This document shows positions 8,484 through 16,719 of a DNA stretch of 32,000 bases, piece by piece. The DNA lies in contig NZ_CP042911.1 of NCBI RefSeq assembly GCF_008065095.1, positions 3,510,001 to 3,542,000 on the forward strand. Direction: 5' to 3'. This stretch comes from Gemmata obscuriglobus (GTDB taxonomy: Bacteria > Planctomycetota > Planctomycetia > Gemmatales > Gemmataceae). Each line of letters begins with the position of its first letter. Within the stretch, counting starts at the first letter, position 1. The notes beneath the pieces are model-generated. The model worked only from the letters and a program-made list of their open reading frames with translations. It did not search any database and was not told the DNA's origin. The translations under genes and the position numbers were made by a program.

Positions 8484-8639
8484 AGGGAAAGACAATCACG
8501 TGCGGTTGGTGACGTGCGTGTTTGCTCCCTATTGATCCGCTCAGGCCACGTCGGGGGCACTGGACAGGTGGTGTGCCCCACTTGGTCGTAGGTGTCTCTT
8601 CTATACGAGATTGTGACGTTGAATTTTACTTGATAATAG

Positions 8640-8661
8640 GCACCAGAATTTATTCTGGTGC
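8640..8661. terminator. hairpin in an AT-rich gap between convergent genes (candidate bidirectional terminator)
   Basis: GCACCAGAA (8640-8648) / TTTA loop / TTCTGGTGC (8653-8661). A/T-rich flanks on both sides. Lies between the stop at 8483 (+) and the stop at 8686 (-). Confidence 0.5.
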
Positions 8662-8685
8662 TTACTGATTTTCAGTGATGCGCGG

Positions 8686-9657
8686 TCAGATGCTCAGGCC
8701 ATAGAACTTGACGGCGTTGTCGTGGAACAGTTTCCTCTGTTGCTCTTCGGTGCGGTCCTTGACGACGGCCTTCAGCCCGGTAAGCCAGTCGCCGTACTTC
8801 TCGACCCCCAGCAGACACACCGGCCAGTCACCCCCGAACATCACGCGGTCCGGGCCGAACGTATCCAAGACGTGGTTCACCACCGGCGCCAGGTCGTCGG
8901 GAGTCACTTTGCCGCGCTCGGGGGCGGTGGCGATGAAGCCGCTCACCTTGCAGACCACGTTCTTTTTTGCGGCCATCGCGGACATGTCCTTCTTCCAGCG
9001 GTCACGCTCGTCGGCGGTGTGCTTCAGGTTCGCGTTGCCGCAGTGGTCGAGGATGAACCGGGTGTCCGGGCACTGCTCTGCCAGTTTCACGAAGTCGGGC
9101 AGCTCTGCCGGCCGCACGCACATGTCGAAGCTCAGTCCCAGGTCGCCCAGGAGCTGAATACCCTTCACGAACTTCGGGTCGAGGCAGTACCCGGCGGGTG
9201 TGCTCTTGACGTGTAGCACCTGCCGGATGCCTTTGACGTATTTGCTGTCTTTGAACTGCTTCGCGTACTTCTCGAACCCGTCCGAGTTCGGCCGACCGGA
9301 CAGCACCGCGGCGCAAGTGGCCGTTTTCCCGCTCTTGCACAGTTCGATCAGGTAATCGGCTTCCTTCTGCTGCTGCTCGGGCACCACGTCCACTTCCATG
9401 TAGACGGCCTTTACGACGTTCAGCCCGTCGGTCGCTTTGGCGTACTCGGTGGGGGTGAAGTTGTGCCCTAGGATTTTCCCTTCGGGGGTGCTCGGGTCGA
9501 ACCACGCCAACTTGAAATCGTTCAGGTTCCACAGGTGCTGGTGCGTGTCAACGACGGGGAGCATCGCTTTGTCCTTCGGTTGAGAGGCGGCGAACAGGGG
9601 GCTCGCGCCCCCCGAGAGCGTGAGGGCCGAGGCGGCGAGCAACTCGCGGCGGTTCAT
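8686..9657 (-). CDS. amidohydrolase-2 family (metal-dependent hydrolase/lactonase-like) with a Tat-type signal peptide
   Basis: MNRRELLAASALTLSGGASPLFAA (twin-Arg), then VVDTHQHLW (the metal-binding HxH of the Amidohydro_2 family), ...FILDHCGN...VMFGGDWPV... Confidence 0.85.
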   Translation of the reverse strand: MNRRELLAASALTLSGGASPLFAASQPKDKAMLPVVDTHQHLWNLNDFKLAWFDPSTPEGKILGHNFTPTEYAKATDGLNVVKAVYMEVDVVPEQQQKEADYLIELCKSGKTATCAAVLSGRPNSDGFEKYAKQFKDSKYVKGIRQVLHVKSTPAGYCLDPKFVKGIQLLGDLGLSFDMCVRPAELPDFVKLAEQCPDTRFILDHCGNANLKHTADERDRWKKDMSAMAAKKNVVCKVSGFIATAPERGKVTPDDLAPVVNHVLDTFGPDRVMFGGDWPVCLLGVEKYGDWLTGLKAVVKDRTEEQQRKLFHDNAVKFYGLSI

Positions 9658-9719
9658 GGAGGTACTCCGGGGTGAACGCGCCCGATGGTAACACGCGGCG
9701 GCGCGAGTACAACGAGGTT

Positions 9720-10502
9720 ATGAGCACTCCGAAGCGAATCCTCGTTACCGGGTCCGCGGGCCGCATCGGCCGGGCGGCGGTGTCCGAACTCGTCGCGCGC
9801 GGCCACACCGTTGTGGGGTTCGACCTCCATCCCACACCGGGGCTGTCGGCCGATCGGTCGGTTGTCGCGCCGCTCGCCGACGTGGCCGCGCTCCGTCGCG
9901 CCGCGACCGGAGCGGACGTCATCATTCACCTCGCGGCCACCCCGGACGACGCCCGGTTCCCGCGTGGGGCCGCGCCGGACGACGGGGATAACTTCCTGAG
10001 CGATCTGGTTCCCGGCAACATCGTCGGCCCGTATGAGGTCATGGAAGCGGCCCGGGTGCTGAAGGTTCCGCGGGTGGTGCTGGCGAGCACCGGTCAGGTG
10101 GTCGCGGGCTATTTTCAGGACGGAACGCTGCCGATCGCGCCCGACGTGCTGCCGCGCCCGCGCTACCTGTACGCCTGCACGAAGGTGTTCCTCGAAGCCC
10201 TGGGGCAGGTGTACGCCAACGAACACGGGATCACGGTGCTCGCGGTTCGGTTGGGGTGGTGCCCGCGGCCCGGCCAAGAGGAAGAGTTCCGCCAGAGCGA
10301 CTTCGGCCCCGATGTGTACCTCAGTCCGGGTGACGCCGGCCGGTTCTTTGCCGCGACGGTCGAAGCGCCGGCGCTCCCGCCGTTCGGGGTGGTGTATTCC
10401 ACGAGCCGACACGTGCGGAAGCACATGTACGACCTGACCCCCGCGCAAAAACTGCTGGGGTGGGAACCCCGGGACCAGTGGCCGGAAGGGAGCGGGGAGT
10501 GA
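9720..10502 (+). CDS. NAD-dependent epimerase/dehydratase (extended SDR) family protein
   Basis: MSTPKRILVTGSAGRIGRAAVSELVARGHTVVGFD (Rossmann GxxGxxG); catalytic YxxxK in RYLYACTKVFLE. GAGG 3-6 nt upstream of the ATG at 9720. The track ORF starts earlier, at 9672. Confidence 0.85.
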   Translation: MSTPKRILVTGSAGRIGRAAVSELVARGHTVVGFDLHPTPGLSADRSVVAPLADVAALRRAATGADVIIHLAATPDDARFPRGAAPDDGDNFLSDLVPGNIVGPYEVMEAARVLKVPRVVLASTGQVVAGYFQDGTLPIAPDVLPRPRYLYACTKVFLEALGQVYANEHGITVLAVRLGWCPRPGQEEEFRQSDFGPDVYLSPGDAGRFFAATVEAPALPPFGVVYSTSRHVRKHMYDLTPAQKLLGWEPRDQWPEGSGE

Positions 10503-10531
10503 GCCGCGGGCCGACGGTTGCCCTTCGCCGC

Positions 10532-11824
10532 TCAGTTCGCCCGGGCCATCTCCGCGGCTTTTGTTGTGATGTAGTAACGCGCGAGCGCGTTAGTGTGTTC
10601 CCACGGCGGTACCGTTCGGGGAGCGTGAAAGTAGCGCACGAACTCCTCCATGACGGCGGCGAAGTGGTCCTCGTGGGTCGTCCGCCAGTTCTCGGGAATG
10701 TTGACCCGCAGCTCGCGCCCGTCGTCCGTAACGGACAGCCCGTTGAAATCGTGCTGGAGTGACGCACACTTCTCTCGCAACCGCTCGGTCAGGGCGGCAT
10801 GACGGCTCGGGTCTGTTGCGGACAGGAACAGCTCCGGGCGGGCGCCGGCGGGCTGGCGGATGCTCGCGACCGCGCGCGTCCCGCGGGCGACGCACTGGTG
10901 CGTGTCGCAGCCCGTCGGGGACTCGTACTCCCACGACGTTTCAAGTTTCACATGGACCCCGCGCAGCGTGCAAACGGCACTGTTGTGCCCCGCATAGTAC
11001 AGGTTCCCTTCCACCACCTGCGGGTGCAGTTCGGTCGGGAAAACGGGAAGCCCTGTTAGCTCCCCGAACTGTTCCTGCGTGATCAACATCAGCGCCCTGT
11101 CGGCGCCGAGCATCTGGATCTGGGTTGCGTAATCCACCGGCTGGTCCGGGGCGATGAGCCACAGTGCCAGGTCCGCCAGGTGCGTACCCACGTCCGCGAT
11201 GGCCTCGCCCGAAATTTCGGTCGAGAACCACCACCACGGCCGCACCAGTGCGCGCCCGGCAACCGTTTTTTTGAGGTGGTGAACGCTCCGCAACCACAGG
11301 GCCGGTTGGCCGGCGGTGCCCGTTTGCCACGCCCCGAAGAGGCCCTCGTCGCGCGTGAACTCGCGGAGCATCCAGTTGGTAACCTCGAACCGCTCGGTCA
11401 GCACGTCCCAGACCAGCACCTCGCGCAGGTCCGCTTGACGCAGCACCGCTTCGAGCTTCGGGAAGTCGGCGTGGTCGATGATCCAGGGCTTGTCCGCCAG
11501 TACGTTTACGCAGTTCTCGACCGCGAGCGCGATCAGGTCGAGCTTCGGCCGGTTGCGCCCGCTGATGACCGCCGCGTTGCCCGGTTGCTCGCGGGCGAAC
11601 CGCTCCCGGTAGTCCTCCGCGGCTCGGAGATCGATGTCCCAGGTCGTCGGGTGGTCCGCCCTTGCGTTGAACCCGGCGATCCGCTCCAGGTGCGTCAGCG
11701 TGTCGGCGTCGAGTGGGGCGTACACGTGCGCGCGGTGATGGACCCCGGGCAGCATCCGCTGCTGCACGAGCGCCGCGTGAAAGTGACCCGGCGCCAGGGT
11801 CATGAGCCGCAGAAGCCTGAACAA
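10532..11824 (-). CDS. Gfo/Idh/MocA-related putative oxidoreductase (oxidoreductase C-terminal domain type)
   Basis: N-terminus MFRLLRLMTLAPGHFHAALVQQRMLPG..., ...AAVISGRNRPKLDLIALAVENCVNVLADKPW..., 430-aa clean ORF. Family call by motif memory only. Confidence 0.7.
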   Translation of the reverse strand: MFRLLRLMTLAPGHFHAALVQQRMLPGVHHRAHVYAPLDADTLTHLERIAGFNARADHPTTWDIDLRAAEDYRERFAREQPGNAAVISGRNRPKLDLIALAVENCVNVLADKPWIIDHADFPKLEAVLRQADLREVLVWDVLTERFEVTNWMLREFTRDEGLFGAWQTGTAGQPALWLRSVHHLKKTVAGRALVRPWWWFSTEISGEAIADVGTHLADLALWLIAPDQPVDYATQIQMLGADRALMLITQEQFGELTGLPVFPTELHPQVVEGNLYYAGHNSAVCTLRGVHVKLETSWEYESPTGCDTHQCVARGTRAVASIRQPAGARPELFLSATDPSRHAALTERLREKCASLQHDFNGLSVTDDGRELRVNIPENWRTTHEDHFAAVMEEFVRYFHAPRTVPPWEHTNALARYYITTKAAEMARAN

Positions 11825-11942
11825 GCGGCCTCCAAGAACTGGTTTGTTGAGAAGCGGGACCCCTGTAGCAAGTGGCGAGCCAATCGCCCGTTATGCGCAT
11901 CCGCTATAAAAAGCCTACCTACACCCGACAAAGGTGACGCTG

Positions 11943-13046
11943 ATGACGGTGCGATTCGTAATGGTTGGCGGATTCCTTGGCGCCGGAAAAACCACCACCC
12001 TCGGACGGCTGGCACGCCACTACCAGCAACAGGGGAAGCGGGTCGGGGTGGTGACCAACGACCAGGCTCACGACCTCGTGGACACCAACACGCTTCGCGC
12101 GCAAGGGCTGTCCGTTGAGGAGGTTCCGGGGGCGTGCTTCTGCTGCCGGTTCGACGACCTCGTCGGGCGGGTCGGCTCGCTCGAAGCCGGTGAGCGGCCC
12201 GACGTGATCCTTGCCGAGCCGGTGGGAAGCTGCACGGACCTTGTGGCGACCGTTATCCAGCCGCTGAAGGACCTCTACTCCGGTCGGTTCGAGGTCGCCC
12301 CTTACGCGGTGCTGTTCAAGCCGAGCCACGGCCTGCGCATCCTGCGTAACCAGGCCGCCGGCGGGTTCAGCCCGAAGGCCGCGTACATCTTCAAGAAGCA
12401 GCTCGAAGAGGCCGACGCGATCGTAATCAACCGGGTGGACGAACTCGACCCGGCGCAGATCGACGAACTGTCGCTGCTCGTGACTCAGCAGTTCCCTGGG
12501 ACGCCGGTGCTGCGTGCGAGCGCAACGACCGGCGCGGGGTTCGACGCGTTGACGGAACTGCTCGACCAGACGGGCGCGTTCGGGCGCAAGATCCTCGACA
12601 TCGACTACGACATCTACGCCGAAGGCGAGGCCGAACTCGGATGGCTCAACGCAACCGCTCGTCTCACGAGCGACGAGCCGTTCGACCTGGACGCGCTGCT
12701 CACCTCCGTCCTGGGGGAGTTGGCTGTGGTGTGCCGCTCGCTGGGGGGCGAGGTGGCGCACCTGAAGCTCATCGGGATGGACGACGCGAGCGCGTTCGCG
12801 GTCGGTAATGTGATCAGCAGCGATACGGCGCCGAAGCTGTCGCTCCCGAGCGGCCTTCGCCCGCGCGAGGCGGACCTGATCGTCAACGCCCGGGTGGCGA
12901 TCGACCCGGCGGTGCTGGAGGCCGAGGTGAAACGGGTCGTGGCTCTGGAGTCTGCCAAGGTCGGAGTGATCGCAGAGTTCCGGACCAGCCAGAGCCTGCG
13001 CCCGGGGCGCCCGGTTCCGACGCACCGCTACTCCGAGGCGAAGTAG
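11943..13046 (+). CDS. G3E-family P-loop GTPase (CobW/HypB/UreG-like)
   Basis: VMVGGFLGAGKTTTLGRLA (Walker A), VVTNDQAHDLVD, GACFCCRFDDL (CxCC-like metal motif), ILAEPVGSCTDL, INRVDEL (NKxD-like). ATG at 11943 sits 8 nt after AAAGG. A GTG at 11934 is an alternative start. TAG stop. Confidence 0.85.
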   Translation: MTVRFVMVGGFLGAGKTTTLGRLARHYQQQGKRVGVVTNDQAHDLVDTNTLRAQGLSVEEVPGACFCCRFDDLVGRVGSLEAGERPDVILAEPVGSCTDLVATVIQPLKDLYSGRFEVAPYAVLFKPSHGLRILRNQAAGGFSPKAAYIFKKQLEEADAIVINRVDELDPAQIDELSLLVTQQFPGTPVLRASATTGAGFDALTELLDQTGAFGRKILDIDYDIYAEGEAELGWLNATARLTSDEPFDLDALLTSVLGELAVVCRSLGGEVAHLKLIGMDDASAFAVGNVISSDTAPKLSLPSGLRPREADLIVNARVAIDPAVLEAEVKRVVALESAKVGVIAEFRTSQSLRPGRPVPTHRYSEAK

Positions 13047-13212
13047 TTTCGGAATGTGTCGGTCCCGGCGTTTACCGAAGCACTGCTGGTTGGGCGAAAT
13101 AGACATCGGGTATCGACTCCATTTCCGTTTTCGGTGCTGTGGAAGTTCACCTGCTCGGTTTCGCCCCTCATTTACGGGGCTGTTTTCGTTCGGGCGTGAA
13201 CGGATTCGAATG

Positions 13213-13250
13213 GGGAATCGGTCGCAACTGATTCCCTTTTAATATTTTGC
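13213..13250 (+). terminator. candidate intrinsic terminator downstream of the GTPase gene
   Basis: GGGAATC (13213-13219) / 10-nt loop / GATTCCC (13230-13236), followed by TTTTAATATTTT. A weaker hairpin, GCCCC/GGGGC plus TGTTTTCGTT, lies at 13163-13190. Confidence 0.5.
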
Positions 13251-13687
13251 GACACGATAGCCGTTTGGTTCGGAGTCCAAATCTGCACCACTCCAAGGGC
13301 TTCGGTGCGTGTGATTCGGTGGTAGCGACCACCCAGCGAATCGCCAGTTCGTTACCAGCAGTTGGGTAGCGGGTGTCCCGTCGCTGACCAGTCGGATGCC
13401 ACCGGTGTGGTACTGTAACCCCCGTTACAGCGCCTGCGATAGTCCGCCGAAGCGGCGTCATGCGTCGGATCCAGCCAGATTTCAGGTTTGACACTTATTT
13501 GCACCAAACCCATCGCCGTGACCTGATGCGAGTTGGCACCCAGAACTCGCGACGGTGAAGTTTGACACGGCCTCTACTATTCCGATGGCACCGCTCCTTA
13601 CCACAAGCGTGTGTGACGCTGCGGTCGGTCGGGACACCTGGACTGAGTCACGGTCCGGTTGAGTGTGTCAGTCTTTGGATGATGTCT

Positions 13688-13755
13688 TTGTGGCACAGAC
13701 ATTCCTGTCTGTGCGGCGCGAAAAGACAGCACAGACAGGAATGTCTGTGCCACAA
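13688..13755. repeat. 27-bp perfect inverted repeat whose arms are each themselves 9-bp hairpins (double palindrome)
   Basis: 13688-13714 TTGTGGCACAGACATTCCTGTCTGTGC is the reverse complement of 13729-13755; spacer 14 nt. Within each arm, GCACAGACA-(TTCC or GGAA)-TGTCTGTGC is self-complementary. Confidence 0.9.
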
Positions 13756-13806
13756 GAAACAGAGACCACCACCTCGACCGTGTATGAGCCCGGTACGTAG
13801 TAAAAG

Positions 13807-13851
13807 CCGAGGGGCCAGGACCACATCTGTGGTCCTGGCCCCTCGGGTTTT
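13807..13851. terminator. strong hairpin terminator downstream of rplI (bidirectional shape)
   Basis: CCGAGGGGCCAGGACCACA (13807-13825) pairs perfectly with 13828-13846. It is flanked by AAAAG on one side and GTTTT on the other, and lies 18 nt past the rplI stop. Confidence 0.75.
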
Positions 13852-13868
13852 AGGCTATCCCGCGAGCG

Positions 13869-14447
13869 TTACTTCTTGCCCTGCATCGCGACGACGAGCA
13901 CCTGGATCTTGGCTTCGATGCCGTAACCGAGCGACAGCGGCACTTCGGTCAGCGTGTTCGCTTCCTTGATCGGGTTTTCGAGCTTCACCATCTCGGGCTC
14001 GACCTTCAGGTTCTTGCCCTTGAGGGTCTTGCTCACCTCGATCGGCCCGATCGAGCCGTACAGGTGGCCTTCCTCGGTGGCGTTCGCTTCGATGGTGACG
14101 GCCGGCAGGCGGGTGAGCTGCTCGGCGAGCACCTTGAGGTCCGCGATCTTGGCCTCGCGGGCCTTCTCGACCTTGATCTTGTACTGCGCTAGGGTCCGCA
14201 GGTTCTCTTCCGAGGGGATCACGGCCTTGCCGTAAGGGATGAGGTAGTTGCGGGCGTAACCCGCCTTCACCTCGACCACCTCGCCCTGCTTGCCGACGTG
14301 TGCGGTGTCGTCCACCAGCACGACCAGGGTGCCGCCGTGCGGCCCCTTCTTCACCTGGTTCCGCACCCGAACCTTCTTCTGCGGGAGCTTCTTTTCTTTC
14401 GGGGCCGCGCTCTTGGCGTCGGTCTTCTTCGTGGTGCTCTTGGCCAT
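13869..14447 (-). CDS. rplI: 50S ribosomal protein L9 with a ~41-aa Lys-rich N-terminal extension
   Basis: ...LVVLVDDTAHVGKQGEVVEVKAGYARNYLIPYGKAV... matches the canonical L9 N-terminal domain, and a C-terminal domain is present. It is preceded by MAKSTTKKTDAKSAAPKEKKLPQKKVRVRNQVKKGPHGG. Confidence 0.92.
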   Translation of the reverse strand: MAKSTTKKTDAKSAAPKEKKLPQKKVRVRNQVKKGPHGGTLVVLVDDTAHVGKQGEVVEVKAGYARNYLIPYGKAVIPSEENLRTLAQYKIKVEKAREAKIADLKVLAEQLTRLPAVTIEANATEEGHLYGSIGPIEVSKTLKGKNLKVEPEMVKLENPIKEANTLTEVPLSLGYGIEAKIQVLVVAMQGKK

Positions 14448-14549
14448 GTGAAACCCGTCCCGTGCTTGTGTAAAGCCCCCGGCGCCGGTCGAACGACGAG
14501 CGCCGAGGGGAGTTCGTTAAGTTTGCGACGGGTTCCGTGCCGGCGGCAC

Positions 14550-15131
14550 TTAGAACGGGATCGGGTCGTCGCCCCCACCCCCGTCGTCGTCGCTCGGGGG
14601 CGGGGCACTGCGCCCGCCGCCCGACGGGCGACCGCCGCCCGACGGGCGACCGCCACCGTTTCCGCCGCCGCCGCCACCCGAGTAGCCTCCGCCGCCGGAG
14701 TAACCACCGCGGTCCGCGGCACCGCCGGAATAACCGCCCCCGCCGCCTTCGCCGCCGTCCCCGTCGCTCTTACCGCCGAGGAACTCTAAGCTGTCGACGA
14801 CGAGCTTGTGCTTCGAGCGCTTCCCGCCGCCGTTTTTGTCTTCCCACTCCTCGAACACCAACCGGCCTTCGAGGTACATCATGTCGCCTTGCTTGGCGTA
14901 CTTGGTGACCAGATCGGCAAGGTTGCGCTTGCTGTCGGCCCGGGAGAACACCTCGCAGTCGACGTACAACTGGTTGGGGTCCTTGTCCCACCCGCCCGCA
15001 TCGTTCTTCTTGCTCCGGCCCACCGCGAACCGGAACTTCACCACCGTGCTACCACTGTTGGGCAGCACCCGCGGCGGCTCCGGCGGCTTCGTGAGCCGAC
15101 CGATCAACATCACCTTATTCAGAGTCGCCAT
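14550..15131 (-). CDS. ssb: single-stranded DNA-binding protein
   Basis: MATLNKVMLIGRLTKPPE...FRFAV... OB-fold N-terminus, Gly-rich linker (GGYSGG repeats), canonical acidic tail DDPIPF. Confidence 0.95.
   Translation of the reverse strand: MATLNKVMLIGRLTKPPEPPRVLPNSGSTVVKFRFAVGRSKKNDAGGWDKDPNQLYVDCEVFSRADSKRNLADLVTKYAKQGDMMYLEGRLVFEEWEDKNGGGKRSKHKLVVDSLEFLGGKSDGDGGEGGGGGYSGGAADRGGYSGGGGYSGGGGGGNGGGRPSGGGRPSGGGRSAPPPSDDDGGGGDDPIPF
14616..14651. repeat. perfect 18-bp tandem duplication inside the ssb Gly-rich linker
   Basis: GCCGCCCGACGGGCGACC at 14616-14633 is repeated exactly at 14634-14651. On the coding strand it encodes the GGRPSG GGRPSG repeat. Confidence 0.9.
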
Positions 15132-15292
15132 GCGCGACCTCCTCGCGGAGTCGGCCCTTAGCAGGGATGGTTAAGCTGAAGGCTAAGGGCACTTCCGTGA
15201 GGGTACGTTACGGCATTCGGAGACTCTGACGCAAGGTCGGTAGTTCGTTGCGGCGGGGCTACCCGCACCGCGGCGCAACAGAATTGCCAGAA

Positions 15293-15790
15293 CTACTCCG
15301 GCTTCTCGGCCATGTCGCGGCGGCCGCGGCGGGGCGGGCCGCCGTCGCGCAGGCCGCCGTCCTCGCCCAGCAGGGACTCGCCGCCGATGGCCGCCGGGTC
15401 GGTCTGCACGGTCTGCTCGTCCTGCATGCCGCGGAGGGCGAAGCCGTTGCCCTGGTCCTCGTGCGCGACCTTCATCATTTCCGCGCGCCACTTCGGGTCG
15501 ATCTTGCTGGTCAGTTGGCGCAGGATCAGCCCTTCTTGGAGCTTGAAATCGTTCTCGAGGTTGGCCTGCTTGGTGCTCTCGAACGTGTAATAGATGATGT
15601 GGAAGCTGCCCTTCTTGGACTTCCCGATCGGGTACGCGAGCTTGTGGTTGTAGTCCCAGGGGCGGCTCACCTCGATCGTGCCGCCGTGGCGCTCGATCAG
15701 CGTGTGCAACTGCTGCTTGACGCCCTCGGCGTCGGACGACACCTTGGTCGGGTCGAGGAGGAACAGCGTTTCGTAGGTCTGGATCGGCAT
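15293..15790 (-). CDS. rpsF: 30S ribosomal protein S6 with an acidic/Gly-rich C-terminal extension
   Basis: MPIQTYETLFLLDPTKV...RPWDYNHKLAYPIGKSKKGSFHIIYYTFES matches S6. ATG at 15788-15790 is preceded by GAAGG. The track ORF extends upstream to 15943 without S6-like sequence. Confidence 0.92.
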   Translation of the reverse strand: MPIQTYETLFLLDPTKVSSDAEGVKQQLHTLIERHGGTIEVSRPWDYNHKLAYPIGKSKKGSFHIIYYTFESTKQANLENDFKLQEGLILRQLTSKIDPKWRAEMMKVAHEDQGNGFALRGMQDEQTVQTDPAAIGGESLLGEDGGLRDGGPPRRGRRDMAEKPE

Positions 15791-15965
15791 GGTTACCTTC
15801 AGGTAGTTGCCCGCGCCGGTCGTACCGGGCGCGGTGGTCACCGTGGTTCGGCCGGGGCGCCCTTTCGGTGCCCCACGACCCCAACCGCACGTCGGCTGGG
15901 GAGCGACCGGCTCACTCGTAAACGAATCAAGAACCGCGATCAAAAATCGAATCGGGGGGGCGCCG

Positions 15966-16607
15966 TCACTCCGGTTGCGGCGTCTCCCCTTTGGCTTTCT
16001 TGGCCTTTTGGCCTTTCCCCTTTTCCTTCGCCCCGCCGTCGTCGGCCGAACCGCCGTTGAAGCGGTTCATCGACGCCTCGGCGCCCTGCTTGGCCCACAC
16101 GAGCGCCGCCTGCGCCGCGGTGGCGATGGCCTCTTCGGCTGCCGCCCGCTCGCCGGGCTTGAACTTCCCCAGCACGAAATCCACCGCGTCGCCGACCGCG
16201 GGCTGGCCCAGGCCGACCCGGAGCCGACAGTAGGCGTCCGTACCGAGCTGTTCCTGAATGTTGCGGAGCCCGTTCTGCCCGCCGTGGCTCCCCTTGATCC
16301 GCATCCGGAGCTTGCCCAGGGGCAGGTTCAGGTCGTCGCAGATCACGAGCACGTTCTCGACCGGCACCTTGTAGAAGTCGAGGATCGCACGGACCGCCCG
16401 GCCGCTCAGGTTCATGAACGTGAGCGGCTTGACCAGCAGCACCGTTTCGTCGCCCTCTTTCGTTTCCGAAATGAGGGCCTCGAACCGCTCGCGCGCGGAC
16501 CCGACGCCGGGGCCGTTCGCGAGGTAATCGATCACATCGAAACCGACGTTGTGCCGCGTGCCGGCGTACTTCGGCCCGGGGTTCCCGAGTCCGACGATCA
16601 CCTTCAT
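15966..16607 (-). CDS. pth: peptidyl-tRNA hydrolase with a Lys-rich C-terminal tail
   Basis: MKVIVGLGNPGPKYAGTRHNVGFDVID...KPLTFMNLSGRAV...VICDDLNLPLGKLRMRIKGSHGGQNGLRNI: all canonical Pth blocks. ATG at 16605-16607. Confidence 0.95.
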   Translation of the reverse strand: MKVIVGLGNPGPKYAGTRHNVGFDVIDYLANGPGVGSARERFEALISETKEGDETVLLVKPLTFMNLSGRAVRAILDFYKVPVENVLVICDDLNLPLGKLRMRIKGSHGGQNGLRNIQEQLGTDAYCRLRVGLGQPAVGDAVDFVLGKFKPGERAAAEEAIATAAQAALVWAKQGAEASMNRFNGGSADDGGAKEKGKGQKAKKAKGETPQPE

Positions 16608-16719
16608 GGCTTCACGTGTGAGTAAGGGGGTGCGAGCGAGAACCAAAGGTCCTCAGCATAGCAGATGCGGTAGCGGGCGCTCGGTTCGCACCCGCCCCTC
16701 ATCTCTCGTCCCCCGGGAC

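Noticed and set aside
11905-11910. TATAAA, considered as a -10 element for the G3E GTPase gene in the divergent 110-bp intergenic region.
   Set aside because: No acceptable -35 hexamer lies at 16-18 bp spacing, and promoter consensus for this lineage is uncertain. The evidence is too weak to list as a feature.
13192-13236. GGGCGTGAACGGATTCGAATGGGG resembles the conserved 5' end of tmRNA (GGGG..GA...GGAUUCGACGGGG).
   Set aside because: I found no matching 3' acceptor strand, T-arm (GGTTCGA-type loop) or CCA end within 300-450 nt on the same strand. There is no plausible tag ORF ending in ...AA-stop. The permuted two-piece arrangement is also not supported upstream. The motif instead sits just before a terminator-like hairpin.
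13436-13460. GCGAUAGUCCGCCGAAGCGG resembles the RNase P RNA P4 strand (GGAAAGUCCGG). GCUGACCAG at about 13383-13391 resembles the M1 RNA 5' end.
   Set aside because: The universally conserved AGGAAAGUCC is not present on either strand. The other P4 strand and the ACAGAA.. block are also absent. The similarity is a few nucleotides only.
14448-14549. A search for rpsR (S18) between ssb and rplI.
   Set aside because: The gap is 102 bp with no ORF, and S18 needs about 225 bp. Only an imperfect GC hairpin is present.
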